64,000 nt of DNA. It comes from an uncultured Chloroflexia bacterium. Lineage in GTDB: Bacteria > Chloroflexota > Chloroflexia > QHBQ01 > JAICKM01. Location: NCBI GenBank assembly GCA_963784695.1, contig CAWARZ010000006.1, positions 545,282-609,281 of the forward strand, in the 5' to 3' direction. The position numbers and the translations under genes are program-made. Numbering within the stretch: position 1 is the stretch's first letter; each line of letters begins with the position of its first letter. The notes below the pieces were generated by a model. That model made no database searches. It had not been told where the DNA came from and saw only the letters and a list, made by a program, of their open reading frames with translations. Below are positions 20,272 through 30,772 of this stretch, piece by piece.

Positions 20272-21821
20272 GGTCCGGCTCCGCCCGCGAACAGGTAGAC
20301 CGTGGCGAAGGGGTAACTCGCGCTGCCCAGCGGCGGGTAGCGGGCGCCGACCAGCGCGAGCAGGCGGCCGCCGGGATCATTCGCGGGCAGGTAAATCAGC
20401 CAGACGCGCCGCGCACCCGCCGCCCGCGGTTCCAGGGCGGCCCACTGGGCGTCGACGAAAGCCGGTTGGGCGGGCGGGGGCCAGAGGGCGTAGCCGTCGC
20501 GCACGTCCTGGCTCGCCGGGAGACCCTGGGTGGGCCCGTCGTAGTACTGCGCGACCTGCCAGAGCAGCAGGCCCGCGTTCGAGACGACGAGATCGCCGGG
20601 CCGCACTCTGGCGGTCAGCAGCGCGCCGATCGTGCGTAGTCCGTCGCGGCCGTGCACGGGGTCGCGGTAGAAGGCGAGCACGCCCGCACCCTGCGCCACC
20701 AGCCAGCCCGCGAGCAGCAGCGCGGCGAGGGCCGCGGGCGCGGCGGGACGGGCGCCGCGCAGTCCGGCGGCGAGCCCGGCGCCCGCGGGCACGAGCAGCA
20801 GCGGCAGCACGAGCGCAAGGAAGCGCGGCTGCACGAGCCACGCGCCCGTGAGCGCCGACCCGCCAACGATGACGGCGAGGAAGCCGGCCGCGAGCAGCGC
20901 CGGGATCCAGACCAGCCGCTGCGCCGGCCGCCGGTGCGTCCACAGCCCGAGCGCCAGGAGCGCGGCTCCCAGCGTAACCGCGAACGCAAGCACCGACCGG
21001 GGCCAGGCGCCCGCGGCGCTCGCGCCCATGGTCACCTGGCCGATCAGCCCGCGGACGTCCGCCCAGCCCGCGCGGTGCTCCAGGTGGGCGTACTCGTCCC
21101 AGCGCTGGGCCAGGCGGATGCTCATCGCGACCAGCCAGGGCGCCCAGAGCAGCGCGATCAGCGCGTGCAGCCGCAGCCAGGGCGCCCGGTGCCCCGCGGG
21201 CGCGTCTCCAAGCAGGCCCGGCCGCGCCTGCCAGATCAGCCCGACCGCGAATAGCTCGCCGAGGAGCAGCGCGCCCATGTAGTGGGTGTAGAGCAGCAGT
21301 GTGGCCGCCGCAACGTAGGCGGTCGCGCCGCGCCCGGTGATCAGCCAGGCCAGGCCCGCCGCCACGACCAGGGTGGCGAAGAGGCCGGTCCAGGCGTACA
21401 TGGTCGCTTCCTGGCCGATCTCCACCGCGAGCGGCGACACGGCCAACAGCGCCGCGGCGAGCAGCCTCGCCGCCCGCCCGCTGGTCAACCGGCCCAGCCA
21501 GGCGAGCGCGGGCACGGCCGCGGCCGCCGCGGGCACCGATAGCAGGCGCACCGCGACATCGCCGTGCCCGGCCACCAGGATCCAGGCATGCAGGGCGAGC
21601 CAGTAGAGCGGCGCCGAGGGCGGCTGAGCCCAGGCGACGCGCAGCACGTCGAGCGCCGACGGCAGGCGCGCCGCCCAGACGCGCCAGGCTTCGTCGCCCC
21701 AGAGCCCGCGGCTGTCGACGGCGACGAGGCGCAGCAGGAGCGCCCCGGCGGTCAGGCCACCGAGCGCCCAGGGCAACACCCGCAGCCGCGCGACCGGGCG
21801 CGCTACCGCCGCGACGGTCAC
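20268..21821 (-). CDS. GT-C fold membrane glycosyltransferase (GT39/PMT-like)
   Basis: RGLWGDEAW, PPSAPLYWLALH, EIGQEATMYAW, LYTHY and many TM helices. Confidence 0.8.
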   Translation of the reverse strand: MTVAAVARPVARLRVLPWALGGLTAGALLLRLVAVDSRGLWGDEAWRVWAARLPSALDVLRVAWAQPPSAPLYWLALHAWILVAGHGDVAVRLLSVPAAAAAVPALAWLGRLTSGRAARLLAAALLAVSPLAVEIGQEATMYAWTGLFATLVVAAGLAWLITGRGATAYVAAATLLLYTHYMGALLLGELFAVGLIWQARPGLLGDAPAGHRAPWLRLHALIALLWAPWLVAMSIRLAQRWDEYAHLEHRAGWADVRGLIGQVTMGASAAGAWPRSVLAFAVTLGAALLALGLWTHRRPAQRLVWIPALLAAGFLAVIVGGSALTGAWLVQPRFLALVLPLLLVPAGAGLAAGLRGARPAAPAALAALLLAGWLVAQGAGVLAFYRDPVHGRDGLRTIGALLTARVRPGDLVVSNAGLLLWQVAQYYDGPTQGLPASQDVRDGYALWPPPAQPAFVDAQWAALEPRAAGARRVWLIYLPANDPGGRLLALVGARYPPLGSASYPFATVYLFAGGAGP

Positions 21822-22786
21822 GGCGCCGCCTCGGGCTTGCGCGCGGCGATCACGGGGAAATGAGCGTGCTCGCGCGCACCCGGGTGTCGGCGCAGCAGGC
21901 GGCGCAGCCGCCCCAGCGGGCGCTCGACCCCCAGGTAGCGCGGCGCGAGCCCGGCCGAGCGCAGCGCCGCGTCAAGATCGGCACCCAGCAGGTATCCGGC
22001 GCCACCGGGCGGCGGTGCGGGCTCCGCACCGAGCAGGGCCCGCGCGCGGGCGCGCCCCTCGGCGGCCATGGCCGCGCCCGCTGCCCCGTCCGCGTAGACG
22101 GGGCTATCGGTGATGGCCAGCAGCCCGCCCGGCGTAAGCACCCGGCTGATCGCCGCCAGGGTAGGCCACAGGGGCGCGTAGTGCAGGGCGCCGCTGACTG
22201 TGCAGAGTGCGAAACTCGCCGCGGCGAAGGGCAGGAGGTCCATGGTGCCCCGCACCCGCCCGAACCAGCCGCCGTCGTGCTCCAGGTAGAGCTGCCCGCC
22301 CGCCAGGCCTTCGATCCCCGTGGCGTTGAGGTCGAGCGCCACGGTGTGGTAGCCCCAGGTGGTCAGGTGGCGGGCGAGCCAGCCGTTACCCGCGCCCAGG
22401 TCGAGCGCCCAGCGCCCGTGCCCCGGCACGACGAGGCGGCGCAGGCGCGCGAAGCTGCGTCGCCGGATCCGCCAGACCGCGGCCACCGGGTCGGACGGCT
22501 TGACATAAGGTAAGTGTAGATAATAGTCCGGCGCGCGCTCCCAGCCCTCCTGCCGTCGCAGGCTGCGGTAGGAGTCGAGGAAGGGCGCCAGGCCCGCCGA
22601 TTGGGCGGGAGTCAGCAGGTCCCACACGCCGTCGCGGCAGGGGTAGGGGGCCGCGCAGCCGGTACAGCGGGCGCCGCCCGGCGTCGCCCGCAGCGCCCGC
22701 CCGCAGGCCGGGCAGCGCAGGCGGCGTAAGAGCTCGCCCTCGAGGATGGCGTGGCCTGCCGGGCGGGGCGTGGGCTCCGCGGTCAT
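21818..22786 (-). CDS. Class I SAM methyltransferase with N-terminal Trm112-like Zn ribbon
   Basis: LRCPACG...CTGC...YPCRDGVWDLL; ALDLGAGNGWLA; ATGA overlap with the upstream gene. Confidence 0.85.
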   Translation of the reverse strand: MTAEPTPRPAGHAILEGELLRRLRCPACGRALRATPGGARCTGCAAPYPCRDGVWDLLTPAQSAGLAPFLDSYRSLRRQEGWERAPDYYLHLPYVKPSDPVAAVWRIRRRSFARLRRLVVPGHGRWALDLGAGNGWLARHLTTWGYHTVALDLNATGIEGLAGGQLYLEHDGGWFGRVRGTMDLLPFAAASFALCTVSGALHYAPLWPTLAAISRVLTPGGLLAITDSPVYADGAAGAAMAAEGRARARALLGAEPAPPPGGAGYLLGADLDAALRSAGLAPRYLGVERPLGRLRRLLRRHPGAREHAHFPVIAARKPEAAP

Positions 22787-23514
22787 GGCGTGCCCGGGTG
22801 CATGGCGAAGATGTGCAGCATCTCGATCCAGATGTCGCGGCGCGCGACCTCCTGCAGCCGGCAGCCGTCGCCGCCGAGGTGGGCAAGGATGGCGGGCATG
22901 TGGCCCGCGTCGCCGAGGACGACGAGCGCGCGGCCGCCCGGCCGCAGGTGCGCGGGCACGCCCGCCGCGAAGCGGTCCAGCCACTCGTACGCCTCGCCGC
23001 CGTAGTAGGCACGCTCGGCGAGCGTGCGCGGCGTGCCGCGGAAGTAGGGCGGGTTGCAGACGATCAGGTCGAACCGGGCGCCGGCCAGCGGGGCGAAGAG
23101 GTCGCCCTCGCGCACCTGCAGCCGCGCCTCCAGCCCATAACGCCGCGCGTTGGCCCGCGCGCAGACCACCGCCGCCGGGTTGATGTCGACGGCGACGACC
23201 GCACCGGCCCCGGCCCGGGCCGCGGCGATCGCGGCGATGCCGCTACCGGTGCCGACGTCGAGCACGCGGCCGCCGCGCGGCACGACGCCGGGCCGCCCGA
23301 GGTAGCGGGCGAGAAAGGCGCTCGTGAAGTGCGGGCCCGGGTCGAAGACGCCCGGCGCCACGTCGAGGCGCAGCCCGGCCGCGCGCACGCGGTGGGCCGG
23401 GGCGCTGCCCGGCCGATAGTGCCGGTAGCGCCAGGCGAGCAGGCGCCGCGCGCCCCGCCCGGCCAGGCGTTGCCAGGCTGGGCGGCTTGCCGGCTGCCAT
23501 GCGGGAGCGATCAT
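22783..23514 (-). CDS. HemK/PrmC-like SAM methyltransferase
   Basis: VLDVGTGSGIAA, VDINPAAV, GDLFAPL...FDLIVCNPPYF. Confidence 0.85.
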   Translation of the reverse strand: MIAPAWQPASRPAWQRLAGRGARRLLAWRYRHYRPGSAPAHRVRAAGLRLDVAPGVFDPGPHFTSAFLARYLGRPGVVPRGGRVLDVGTGSGIAAIAAARAGAGAVVAVDINPAAVVCARANARRYGLEARLQVREGDLFAPLAGARFDLIVCNPPYFRGTPRTLAERAYYGGEAYEWLDRFAAGVPAHLRPGGRALVVLGDAGHMPAILAHLGGDGCRLQEVARRDIWIEMLHIFAMHPGTP

Positions 23515-23639
23515 GGGCGCATCATACGGGAGCGGGTGCGGCCGGTCAAGCCGCCGGGGATCGCGCGGGCCGCGTATGCTATAATGGGCAACGTCGCGTT
23601 ACCGTGGCGCCGCCCTGGCGCCGTCCTGGGAGATCGTGC

Positions 23640-24851
23640 ATGGACCTGGCCCCTGGTTCCCCCGCCCATCGCGCCGCGGCCCGCCTCGGGCCGCGGCGCC
23701 GGGTGGCGAGCCTCGCCGCCGTCGTCGGTATCACCGCCGTGCTGACCGCGCTCCTGCTGGAGGGCGGTCTGCGCCTCTTCGCGCCCCAGTACGGTCCCGA
23801 GATGCTGCGCGCCGCCCTGAGCGGCCTCTACATACCCGATCCGGCCGCCGGGTACCGCAATGCCCCCGGCGCCCATGTCGTCTATGATTACGGCGAATTG
23901 CACGCCGTCTACGACATCAACGCGCAGGGGCTCCGGGAGGATGCGGCTATCGGGCCCGCGCCGGCCGGGACCATGCGCCTGCTGGTGCTTGGCGATTCGT
24001 TCGCCTTCGGTTGGGGCGTCCCCGCCACGCAGACCTTCCCGCGCCTGCTGGCGGGCAGCCACGCGGCCGGCGGCGATCCGGTCGAGCCCCTCAATGCCGG
24101 CGTTGACGGCTACGGCACGGACAACGAAGCCGCCTGGCTCGCCACCTACGGCTGGGCGCTGCAGCCGCGACTGGTGCTCGTCGCCTTCTTCGTCGGCAAC
24201 GACGTCCGAGATGTGATGCTCGGCATCCACAAGACGTACGTCGATCCGCAAGACGGTCTGGAGCCGGACGGCAGCGCCCGCGTCGCGGTCGGGCTACCGG
24301 CGGCGGAGGGCACACCGCTGGGCGCGGCCAAGGGCTGGCTGGCCCTCCACTCGCAGGCCTACGTGCTTCTGCGCGCCCTGGCGCACGGCCTGGCCTCTGC
24401 CGTCGCACCCGACACCGCGCCCGCGCAGCCCGGGCTTGCCGATGCCGCGCCCTTCTACTACGCCACGCCTTCGCCCGAGATCGAGGCGGGTTGGGCGAAG
24501 ACGCTCGGCGTGCTCGACGGCATCCGCGCGGCTGCCACCGCCCGTGGTGCCGAGGTGGTCGTCGTGGCAATCCCCACGCGGGAGCAGGTCGAGGACACCT
24601 ACTGGCAGGCGATGAAAGGCCGCTTCGGCCTGCAGGACTCCGCACTGGTGCGCGATGCCCCCCAGCGCCGCCTGGCCGTCTGGAGCCGCGAGACCGGCAC
24701 GCCGCTGATCGACCTGCTGCCCGGCTTCCGCGCCGCGGGCCCCACGCCGCGCTACTTCCGCACCGACCCGCACTGGAACGCCGCCGGCTACGCGCTCGCG
24801 GCCCAGCTAATCCACGACGGGCTGGTCCGGCTCGGCCTCTTCCGCCCGTAG
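23640..24851 (+). CDS. Membrane-anchored SGNH/GDSL hydrolase (AlgJ/AlgX-like acyl-transfer family)
   Basis: N-terminal TM segment LEGGLRL; LVLGDSFAFG, LNAGVDGYGT, FFVGND, DPHWNAAGY. TGCTATAAT lies upstream. Confidence 0.85.
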   Translation: MDLAPGSPAHRAAARLGPRRRVASLAAVVGITAVLTALLLEGGLRLFAPQYGPEMLRAALSGLYIPDPAAGYRNAPGAHVVYDYGELHAVYDINAQGLREDAAIGPAPAGTMRLLVLGDSFAFGWGVPATQTFPRLLAGSHAAGGDPVEPLNAGVDGYGTDNEAAWLATYGWALQPRLVLVAFFVGNDVRDVMLGIHKTYVDPQDGLEPDGSARVAVGLPAAEGTPLGAAKGWLALHSQAYVLLRALAHGLASAVAPDTAPAQPGLADAAPFYYATPSPEIEAGWAKTLGVLDGIRAAATARGAEVVVVAIPTREQVEDTYWQAMKGRFGLQDSALVRDAPQRRLAVWSRETGTPLIDLLPGFRAAGPTPRYFRTDPHWNAAGYALAAQLIHDGLVRLGLFRP

Positions 24852-25769
24852 CCTCGCCGCACGGCGCAGGTCACTTCGCCGCCGCGTACCGGCGAGGTAC
24901 GCCAGTGGATCGGCCCACGGTCGACCGCGCAGGCCGCGGAATGGGCCGGTGCGGCCAGACCAGGCGCCGGTCGCCACGAAGGCGCGGTACTCTGCCGCCG
25001 AGAGCTCGCGGAAGCCTTCGGCGGCGCGCGGCAGGCCGTAGAGGCGCGCCACGTAGCGGTCGCGCCGGGGGACCTGCGCCAGCCCGGCCGCCTGGCTGCG
25101 ATAGGCGGCCAGCGCCCGCACCTTGCGCCCGGCGACCGCCCCGATAGCCGCCACCCGGTTCGCCAGACCGGGCCCGAGCGGCACGAAGACCTCGTAAATG
25201 CGCACTTTCGGGGAAATCTGAGGCGGGAGCCGGGCCAGCGCCGCGGCGAGCGCCTGCGCGGTGCGCTGGTGCTCCGGGTGGTAGTCGACCGGGGAGGGTG
25301 CGTAGACGATCGCGGGCTGCGTCGCCGTCAGCGCCGCGGCCAGGGCCGCCGTCCCCGCCTCGGGCGGCCAGCGCCCTTCGGGCAGGCCCGCGAGGACCGG
25401 CGGAGCGATCCCGAGCGCCGCCGCGGCGGCCCGTGCCTCGTCCGCCCGGCAGGCGACGATCGCCGCGCGGGCCAGGCCGCCCGCCCGCGACGCGCCGCCA
25501 TCCGTCAGGATGAGCACGTGGACTGGGTCGCCCGCGGCGGCGTGGAGCGCGAGCGCGCCTCCGCAGCCCGCGACCTCGTCGTCGGGGTGCGGCGCCACGG
25601 CCAGCACCGGCCGCCCTCCGGCCGGGGTCCAGGGCCTGGCCCGCGCCCGGCCCGACGCGCGCAGTGTAACCCCGGCCAGCCCGAAGCCCGCCGCCCAGAC
25701 GGCGGTCAGCGCCGGATAGACGATTCGCCGGAGCCCCACGCGCGCGAGGCGGCGCGCGCTAGACCACAT
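24807..25769 (-). CDS. PIG-L family deacetylase
   Basis: AVAPHPDDEVAGCGG, LTDG, DYHPEH. Confidence 0.88.
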   Translation of the reverse strand: MWSSARRLARVGLRRIVYPALTAVWAAGFGLAGVTLRASGRARARPWTPAGGRPVLAVAPHPDDEVAGCGGALALHAAAGDPVHVLILTDGGASRAGGLARAAIVACRADEARAAAAALGIAPPVLAGLPEGRWPPEAGTAALAAALTATQPAIVYAPSPVDYHPEHQRTAQALAAALARLPPQISPKVRIYEVFVPLGPGLANRVAAIGAVAGRKVRALAAYRSQAAGLAQVPRRDRYVARLYGLPRAAEGFRELSAAEYRAFVATGAWSGRTGPFRGLRGRPWADPLAYLAGTRRRSDLRRAARLRAEEAEPDQPVVD

Positions 25770-26842
25770 CGAAGTCGCCACCGGCCACGAGCCAGGCGGC
25801 CGGGTCGCCGAGCGCGGCGGCGGCGATCCCCGCGCCCAGCGGTACGATCTCCAGCTGGAACGCGCCGCCCGCGGGCCGGAACCCGGCCGTGGCGAAGTGG
25901 GCGCTGAGCGCCGATCCCGGGGCCACGGGCGCGCGCGCGGCCGCGGCGCCCAGTGCCCATAGGTCCTCGAGCGCGGCGCCGAGCAGCGCCGCCGCCGTCG
26001 CCGGGTCGTCCGGCGCGACGCACAGGTCGGCCACGAAGCCCGTGCGCCGCCCGCTAGTGTCGACGCAGCGATAGGCCACGTAGCCCGCCGGAGCGGCGCT
26101 CGCGCGGGCGAGCAGCACGCGGTAGCCGCCGTCCGGAGCCCCCAGGAAGCGCCAGCGCACCCAGGCGGCGTCGCGGACCAGGGCGCTGCGGTAGCGCGGC
26201 GCGAGGCGCGCCCAGAGGGAGTCCAGATCGTCGCCGCCAGACGGCAGTGGCCCCACCTGCCGCCCCACCCCGGCGGCGCCCAGCCGCCGGGCCTGCGCGC
26301 GCCGGCCGGCGGCGGTGGCCAGCCGGCCGGTGGCGGCGACCGGGCCGCGGAGTGGCGGGGGCACGCGCGCCGCCAGGCGCGCCTCCGCGTGCAGGCGCAC
26401 CTGCTGCCAGAGCAGAGGGAAGAGCGGCACCCACCCCAGCGCGTCGGTGCGCGAGCCCCACTGCTGGTTGGGCAGGCCCAGGACCGCGGCGACGCCCGCG
26501 GCGGCCCAGGTCGCGTAGATCGCCTGGCCGAGCGCGGTCAGGATGCCCCGTCGCCGGAACTCCGGCGCGGTCATCGTGTCGACCGAGATCATCGCCGGGT
26601 CGACCCGGCCGTCGTGCTGCCAGCGCACGGGGATGCCCGCGTACTGCCCGACCACCCGGCCGTCGTCGGCGGCGATGGCCACCCAGACGTTCTCGACCGG
26701 TGCGGGCAACCCCTTCAGTTTCCAGCGCCAGGCCTCCACGGGCAGCGGCCGGCCGAAGACGCGGCCGAACAGCGCCGCCAGCGCGAACTCGTCGCCGGGC
26801 GCGTACGGGCGGATGCGCCCAGCCGGGAGCGGGTTCGGTCAC
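25759..26842 (-). CDS. GNAT-family acyltransferase with a 1-nt frameshift near 26819 (extra G in GGG)
   Basis: GTG start overlaps the upstream stop: MTEPAPGW, then after the shift RIRPYAPGDE...AWRWK...GRVVGQYA...SVDTMTAPEFRRRGIL...GLPNQ. Confidence 0.75.
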
Positions 26843-28488
26843 GGCGCCGCGTCGCCCACGCGATAGACCGTGTAGCCGTCCGCCTGCCCCGCGGGCTGCA
26901 GGGTGTAGTGTGCCTGCAGCCAGGCCCAGCGCGCGGCCAGTGGGGTGCCTCCCCACTGTTGCGCCAGGTCGCCGAGGGGCAGCACGAGGAGGCGCGGGCC
27001 GGGCGCGGCCCAGAACCGCGCGATGGCGGCCGGATCGGCGTCGTACAGGTCGGCAATCGGCCAGTGGGTGTAGTGGTAGAGCGCGGCGGTGATGCCAAAG
27101 GCCAACGCGTGCGGCGGCGCGGCCGGGCTCGTTGGGCCCGCGGCCTGCTGCGCCGCGGCGACCACCGCCTGCTCGCCTGCCTGCCAGCCGGCATGCGTCG
27201 CGACCCAGTCGCGCGCGCCACGTTGCCCTTGCCACGCGCCCGCGGCGATCCCGGCCAGCACGAGCACGGCGAGCAGCGCCGCGCCGCGCTGCGCGGGGGA
27301 TCGGGCGGCGCGGGTGGCCAGGACGGCCTCCAGCGCCGTGGCGGCACCCCAGCCCGCGAGCAGCGCGGCGACGGGGAGGTAGGCCAGCACGAAGCGGTGG
27401 GCCTGGTAGGGCGTGCCCGCGTAGAAGAGTGCCGGGCCCAGCCACCAGGCGGCCAGCAGGCCGAGCACCGGTCCGGCCCGGCGCCGCACGAGGCCGGCCG
27501 CGCCGAGGACGATCGCGGGCAGATAGAACGGTGCGAGGAAGTCCGTGCCGTCCCAGACGGGCAGCAGGCCATAGAAGACGATCATCGGCTGGGCGAACGT
27601 GCTCGTGCCGTCGACGCTGCTGACCGTGGTCGCGAGCACGTTGCCCGGCTGCCAGGCGCCGAGCCAGGTGGCGTAGCCCGCGTCCGCGCCCTGCGTGAGC
27701 AGGTAGGCAGCCTGGGGAAGCAGCGCCACGACCACGCCAAGGGCAAGCGCCACGGCGGGCCGCCCGGACGCGGCTGTGACGCGTAGCGGGAGGGCGCGCA
27801 GGAGCAGGTAGCCGCCGAGCGGCAGCACGATCAGCCCGGCGCCGTAGCGCACGAGGATGGCCAGGCCGAGCGCCAGGCCCGCGCCGGCCGCCCAGGCAAC
27901 CTGCCGCCGCGCGGCGGGCGCGCCGGGGGGCGGCCAGGCGTGCAGCACGCCAACCAGCGCCAGCAGGCTCCAGAAGAGCGCGGGCACGTCGCTCATCAGC
28001 GAGAGGCCCATGCGGGCGAAGGTGCCGCTCAGCAGGAGGGCGCCGCCCGCCACCAGCCCGGCGACCACCCGGGGCCGCGCTGCCAGGTCGGGGCGCAGCA
28101 GGCCGGCGAGGGCATAGACCAACAGCGGGCAGCCCACGGCCAGCAGAAGCGTGATCGCGCGGCCGCCCGCGGGCGAGTCCGCGCCCGCCAGCAGGAAACC
28201 GAGCAGCAGATGGAGGTGGTAGCCGATGGGCCAGTGGCCCAGGCTCGCGGTGGAGTAGGGCTGCCCGGGCGGTGCGGCCTGGCCGGTGAGGCGGTCCCAG
28301 AAGGCCAGCGCCTCGTAGTAGTAGGCGTAGGCGTCCTGACCGTAGAGCCCGGCGTAGGGGAAGCGAATCAGCAGCCAGGCCGTCCAGGCCGCCGTGCCGG
28401 CCAGCAGCCCGGCGGCCCCGGCGCGCGCCCACCCCGCGGCGGGCAAGGCGCGCCCGGCCGCCCGCGCGCCTAACCCAGCGATTCCCAT
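26839..28488 (-). CDS. GT-C fold membrane glycosyltransferase (GT39/GT83-like)
   Basis: LYGQDAYAYY, HWPIGYH, LMSDVP, LAILVRY and more than 10 TM helices. Confidence 0.75.
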   Translation of the reverse strand: MGIAGLGARAAGRALPAAGWARAGAAGLLAGTAAWTAWLLIRFPYAGLYGQDAYAYYYEALAFWDRLTGQAAPPGQPYSTASLGHWPIGYHLHLLLGFLLAGADSPAGGRAITLLLAVGCPLLVYALAGLLRPDLAARPRVVAGLVAGGALLLSGTFARMGLSLMSDVPALFWSLLALVGVLHAWPPPGAPAARRQVAWAAGAGLALGLAILVRYGAGLIVLPLGGYLLLRALPLRVTAASGRPAVALALGVVVALLPQAAYLLTQGADAGYATWLGAWQPGNVLATTVSSVDGTSTFAQPMIVFYGLLPVWDGTDFLAPFYLPAIVLGAAGLVRRRAGPVLGLLAAWWLGPALFYAGTPYQAHRFVLAYLPVAALLAGWGAATALEAVLATRAARSPAQRGAALLAVLVLAGIAAGAWQGQRGARDWVATHAGWQAGEQAVVAAAQQAAGPTSPAAPPHALAFGITAALYHYTHWPIADLYDADPAAIARFWAAPGPRLLVLPLGDLAQQWGGTPLAARWAWLQAHYTLQPAGQADGYTVYRVGDAAP

Positions 28489-29066
28489 CGTGGGGCCTGT
28501 TGCTGCACGGCGGGGTGCGACACGAGCAGGTGCCAGACGATGGCTTGCAGGCCCTCGGTGTGCGGCGTCACGCGCTCGGGGTTGACCGTGGGCACGACGA
28601 CGCAGGCGGTGGCGACCTTGGCGGTGAAGCCGCCGTCGCGCCCGACCACGCCGATGATGCGCGTGCCGCGCTCGCGCGCAAGCTCCAGCGCGGCGACGAG
28701 GTTCGGGCTGACATTCTGCTCCGTGCTGCCGCCGCCGACGGAAAAGACGAGCACGAGATCGTCGGCGCGCAGGCGGCTGGTGCGCAGCCAGCCCACGAAG
28801 ACCGTGGGCCAGCCCTCGTCGTTGGCCCGCGCCGTGAGTTCGGCCACGTTGTCGGTCGGCGCGTAGGCCTCAATGCCCGCGAGCTTGCGGAAGTCGTTCA
28901 CCGCATGCGACGCGTGCGCCGCGCCGCCGCCCACGCCGAGGACGAACAGCCGCCCGCCCCGCGCGCGCGTCTCGGCCAGCAAGGCGGCCATCCGCTCGAT
29001 GGCCGCGGCGTCGAGATTGTCCACGAGGTACCGGGCCTCGGTCAGGTATTGGGCGGCAAAACTCAT
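28470..29066 (-). CDS. gmhA: SIS-domain phosphoheptose isomerase
   Basis: GRLFVLGVGGGAAHASHAVNDF, LTARANDEGW, SVGGG, VSPNLVAALELA, TPHTE. Confidence 0.8.
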   Translation of the reverse strand: MSFAAQYLTEARYLVDNLDAAAIERMAALLAETRARGGRLFVLGVGGGAAHASHAVNDFRKLAGIEAYAPTDNVAELTARANDEGWPTVFVGWLRTSRLRADDLVLVFSVGGGSTEQNVSPNLVAALELARERGTRIIGVVGRDGGFTAKVATACVVVPTVNPERVTPHTEGLQAIVWHLLVSHPAVQQQAPRWESLG

Positions 29067-29794
29067 GAGCGCACCTCCTGTGTGCGGGCGCGGGCCTCCA
29101 GATAGCGGCGCGTGGCGGCGAGGCCGGCGGGTGAGCCGACTTCGTAGAAGCGCCGCCGCACGAGATAGGCCGCCAGCCGGCCCTGCGCGGCCAGGGCGGT
29201 GTAGAGATCGGCCAGGTCGGCGGTGGCGGTCTCCGGCAGGGCCGCGAGCGCGTCCGGGGTGAGGACGCCCAGGCCGTAGTCGACGTGGTGCATCGCGGGC
29301 GTGGGCCGGCGCTTATCATAGGCGCGGATCGCGCCCTCGCCGTACTCGACGTTGCTGCGGTCCCAGCGGCCGTCGTTGCGCAGCACCGTCATCAGCGCGG
29401 GCCGGCCGCTGGCCGCCCAGGCTGTGCCGACGGCTTGGTAGTCGCAGTCGAGGTAGGAGTCGCCGTAGAGCACGTAGAACTCCGGGCCGAGCAACGGTAG
29501 CGCGCCGCGCAGCGCCCCGGCCGTGCCGCGCAGCGCCGGGCCGTCCCAGGCATAGGCCACGTCGACGCCCCAGGAGTGTCCGTCGCCGACGGCGGCGGCG
29601 ATTTGCGCGCCGCGGTGGCCGATGCAAAGCACGACACGCGTCAGCCCGTGCGCCCGCAGCAGCCGCAACTGATGGACCACGAAGGGCATCCCCGCCACCT
29701 CGACCAGCGCCTTCGGCCGATCGGCGGCCAGCGCGCCGAGGCGCGTGCCCAGGCCTCCGGCCAGGATGGCGACGGTCTCCGGCGCGCCGCTCAC
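29063..29794 (-). CDS. Sugar-phosphate nucleotidyltransferase (HddC-like guanylyltransferase)
   Basis: AILAGGLGTRLG...PKALVEVAG, LRGTAGA, VLYGDSYL, EVGS. Confidence 0.85.
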   Translation of the reverse strand: MSGAPETVAILAGGLGTRLGALAADRPKALVEVAGMPFVVHQLRLLRAHGLTRVVLCIGHRGAQIAAAVGDGHSWGVDVAYAWDGPALRGTAGALRGALPLLGPEFYVLYGDSYLDCDYQAVGTAWAASGRPALMTVLRNDGRWDRSNVEYGEGAIRAYDKRRPTPAMHHVDYGLGVLTPDALAALPETATADLADLYTALAAQGRLAAYLVRRRFYEVGSPAGLAATRRYLEARARTQEVRS

Positions 29795-30772
29795 GACTGC
29801 GCCACCACGCGCGTGCCCTCGAAGTCGAAGCGGAAGCGTACCTCGGCCAGGCCCGCCGCGCGCAGCGCCGCGCGCAGGCGGACCTTGTCCTCGGCGTAGA
29901 ACATCAGGAAGCCGCCGCCGCCCGCGCCGATCAGCTTGCCGCCGAGTGCGCCGTTCGCGCGCGCCAGCGCGTACCAGGCGTCGATCTGCGGGCTGCTCGT
30001 GCCGGAGGCGCGTGCCTTCTTGATTTCCCAGTGCGTGTTCATCAGCGCGGCGAACCCAGCCAGGTCGCCCGCCTCAAGGGCCGCCCGGCTCTGCGCGCCG
30101 AGCGCCTTGACGGCGTGCAGGTTGTCGAGCAGGGCGGCGTCGCCCGCGCGGCCGCGCCGGTCTTGCTCGGCGAGCACGCGGGCAGCGGGGCGGGTGATGC
30201 CGGTGTAGAAGAGCAGCAGATTCTCCTCCAGGTTGGCCAGTGTGTCGGGGGCCAGGGCCAGCGGCCACGCCTCGACCGCGCCGCCGGGGAGGAAGCGGAA
30301 GCAGGTCAGCCCGCCAAACGCGGCGATGTAGGGGTCCTGCTTGCCGACCGGCGCGCCGAGCCGCTCCATCTCGATCATGCACGCCTCGGCGGCCAGCTCG
30401 CGCGGGTGAATGAACTCCTGCTTGTAGCCGTGCAGCGCCTTGAGCAGTGCGGTGGTGAAGCTGCCCGACGAGCCGAGGCCCGTGCCCGCCGGGATGTCGG
30501 CCAGGCTGGCAATCTCGAGTGGCGGCCCGAGGCCGGTCAGCCGCAGCGCCTCGCGGATGATCGGGTGGCGTACGGCGTCGACCGAGTCGAACTCGCTCCA
30601 TCTCGGAGTACTTCAGGATCAGGCTGGGCTCGAAGCTGCGGTGCACGGTGAGGTAGACGTACTTGTCGATCGCGGCGGCGATCAGGAAGCCGGTGTGCGC
30701 CTCGTAATAGGCGGGCAGGTCCGTGCCGCCGCCGCCGAGGGTGATACGCAGGGGGCTGCGGGTGATGATCAT
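29791..30772 (-). CDS. GHMP kinase (HddA-like heptose-7-phosphate kinase) with a 1-nt frameshift near 30590
   Basis: [18 protein letters not shown]...LKYSEMERV, then after the shift DSVDAVRHPIIREAL...ADIPAGTGLGSSGSFT...GKQD...GGKLIGAGGGGF. Length is 3n+1. Confidence 0.85.
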
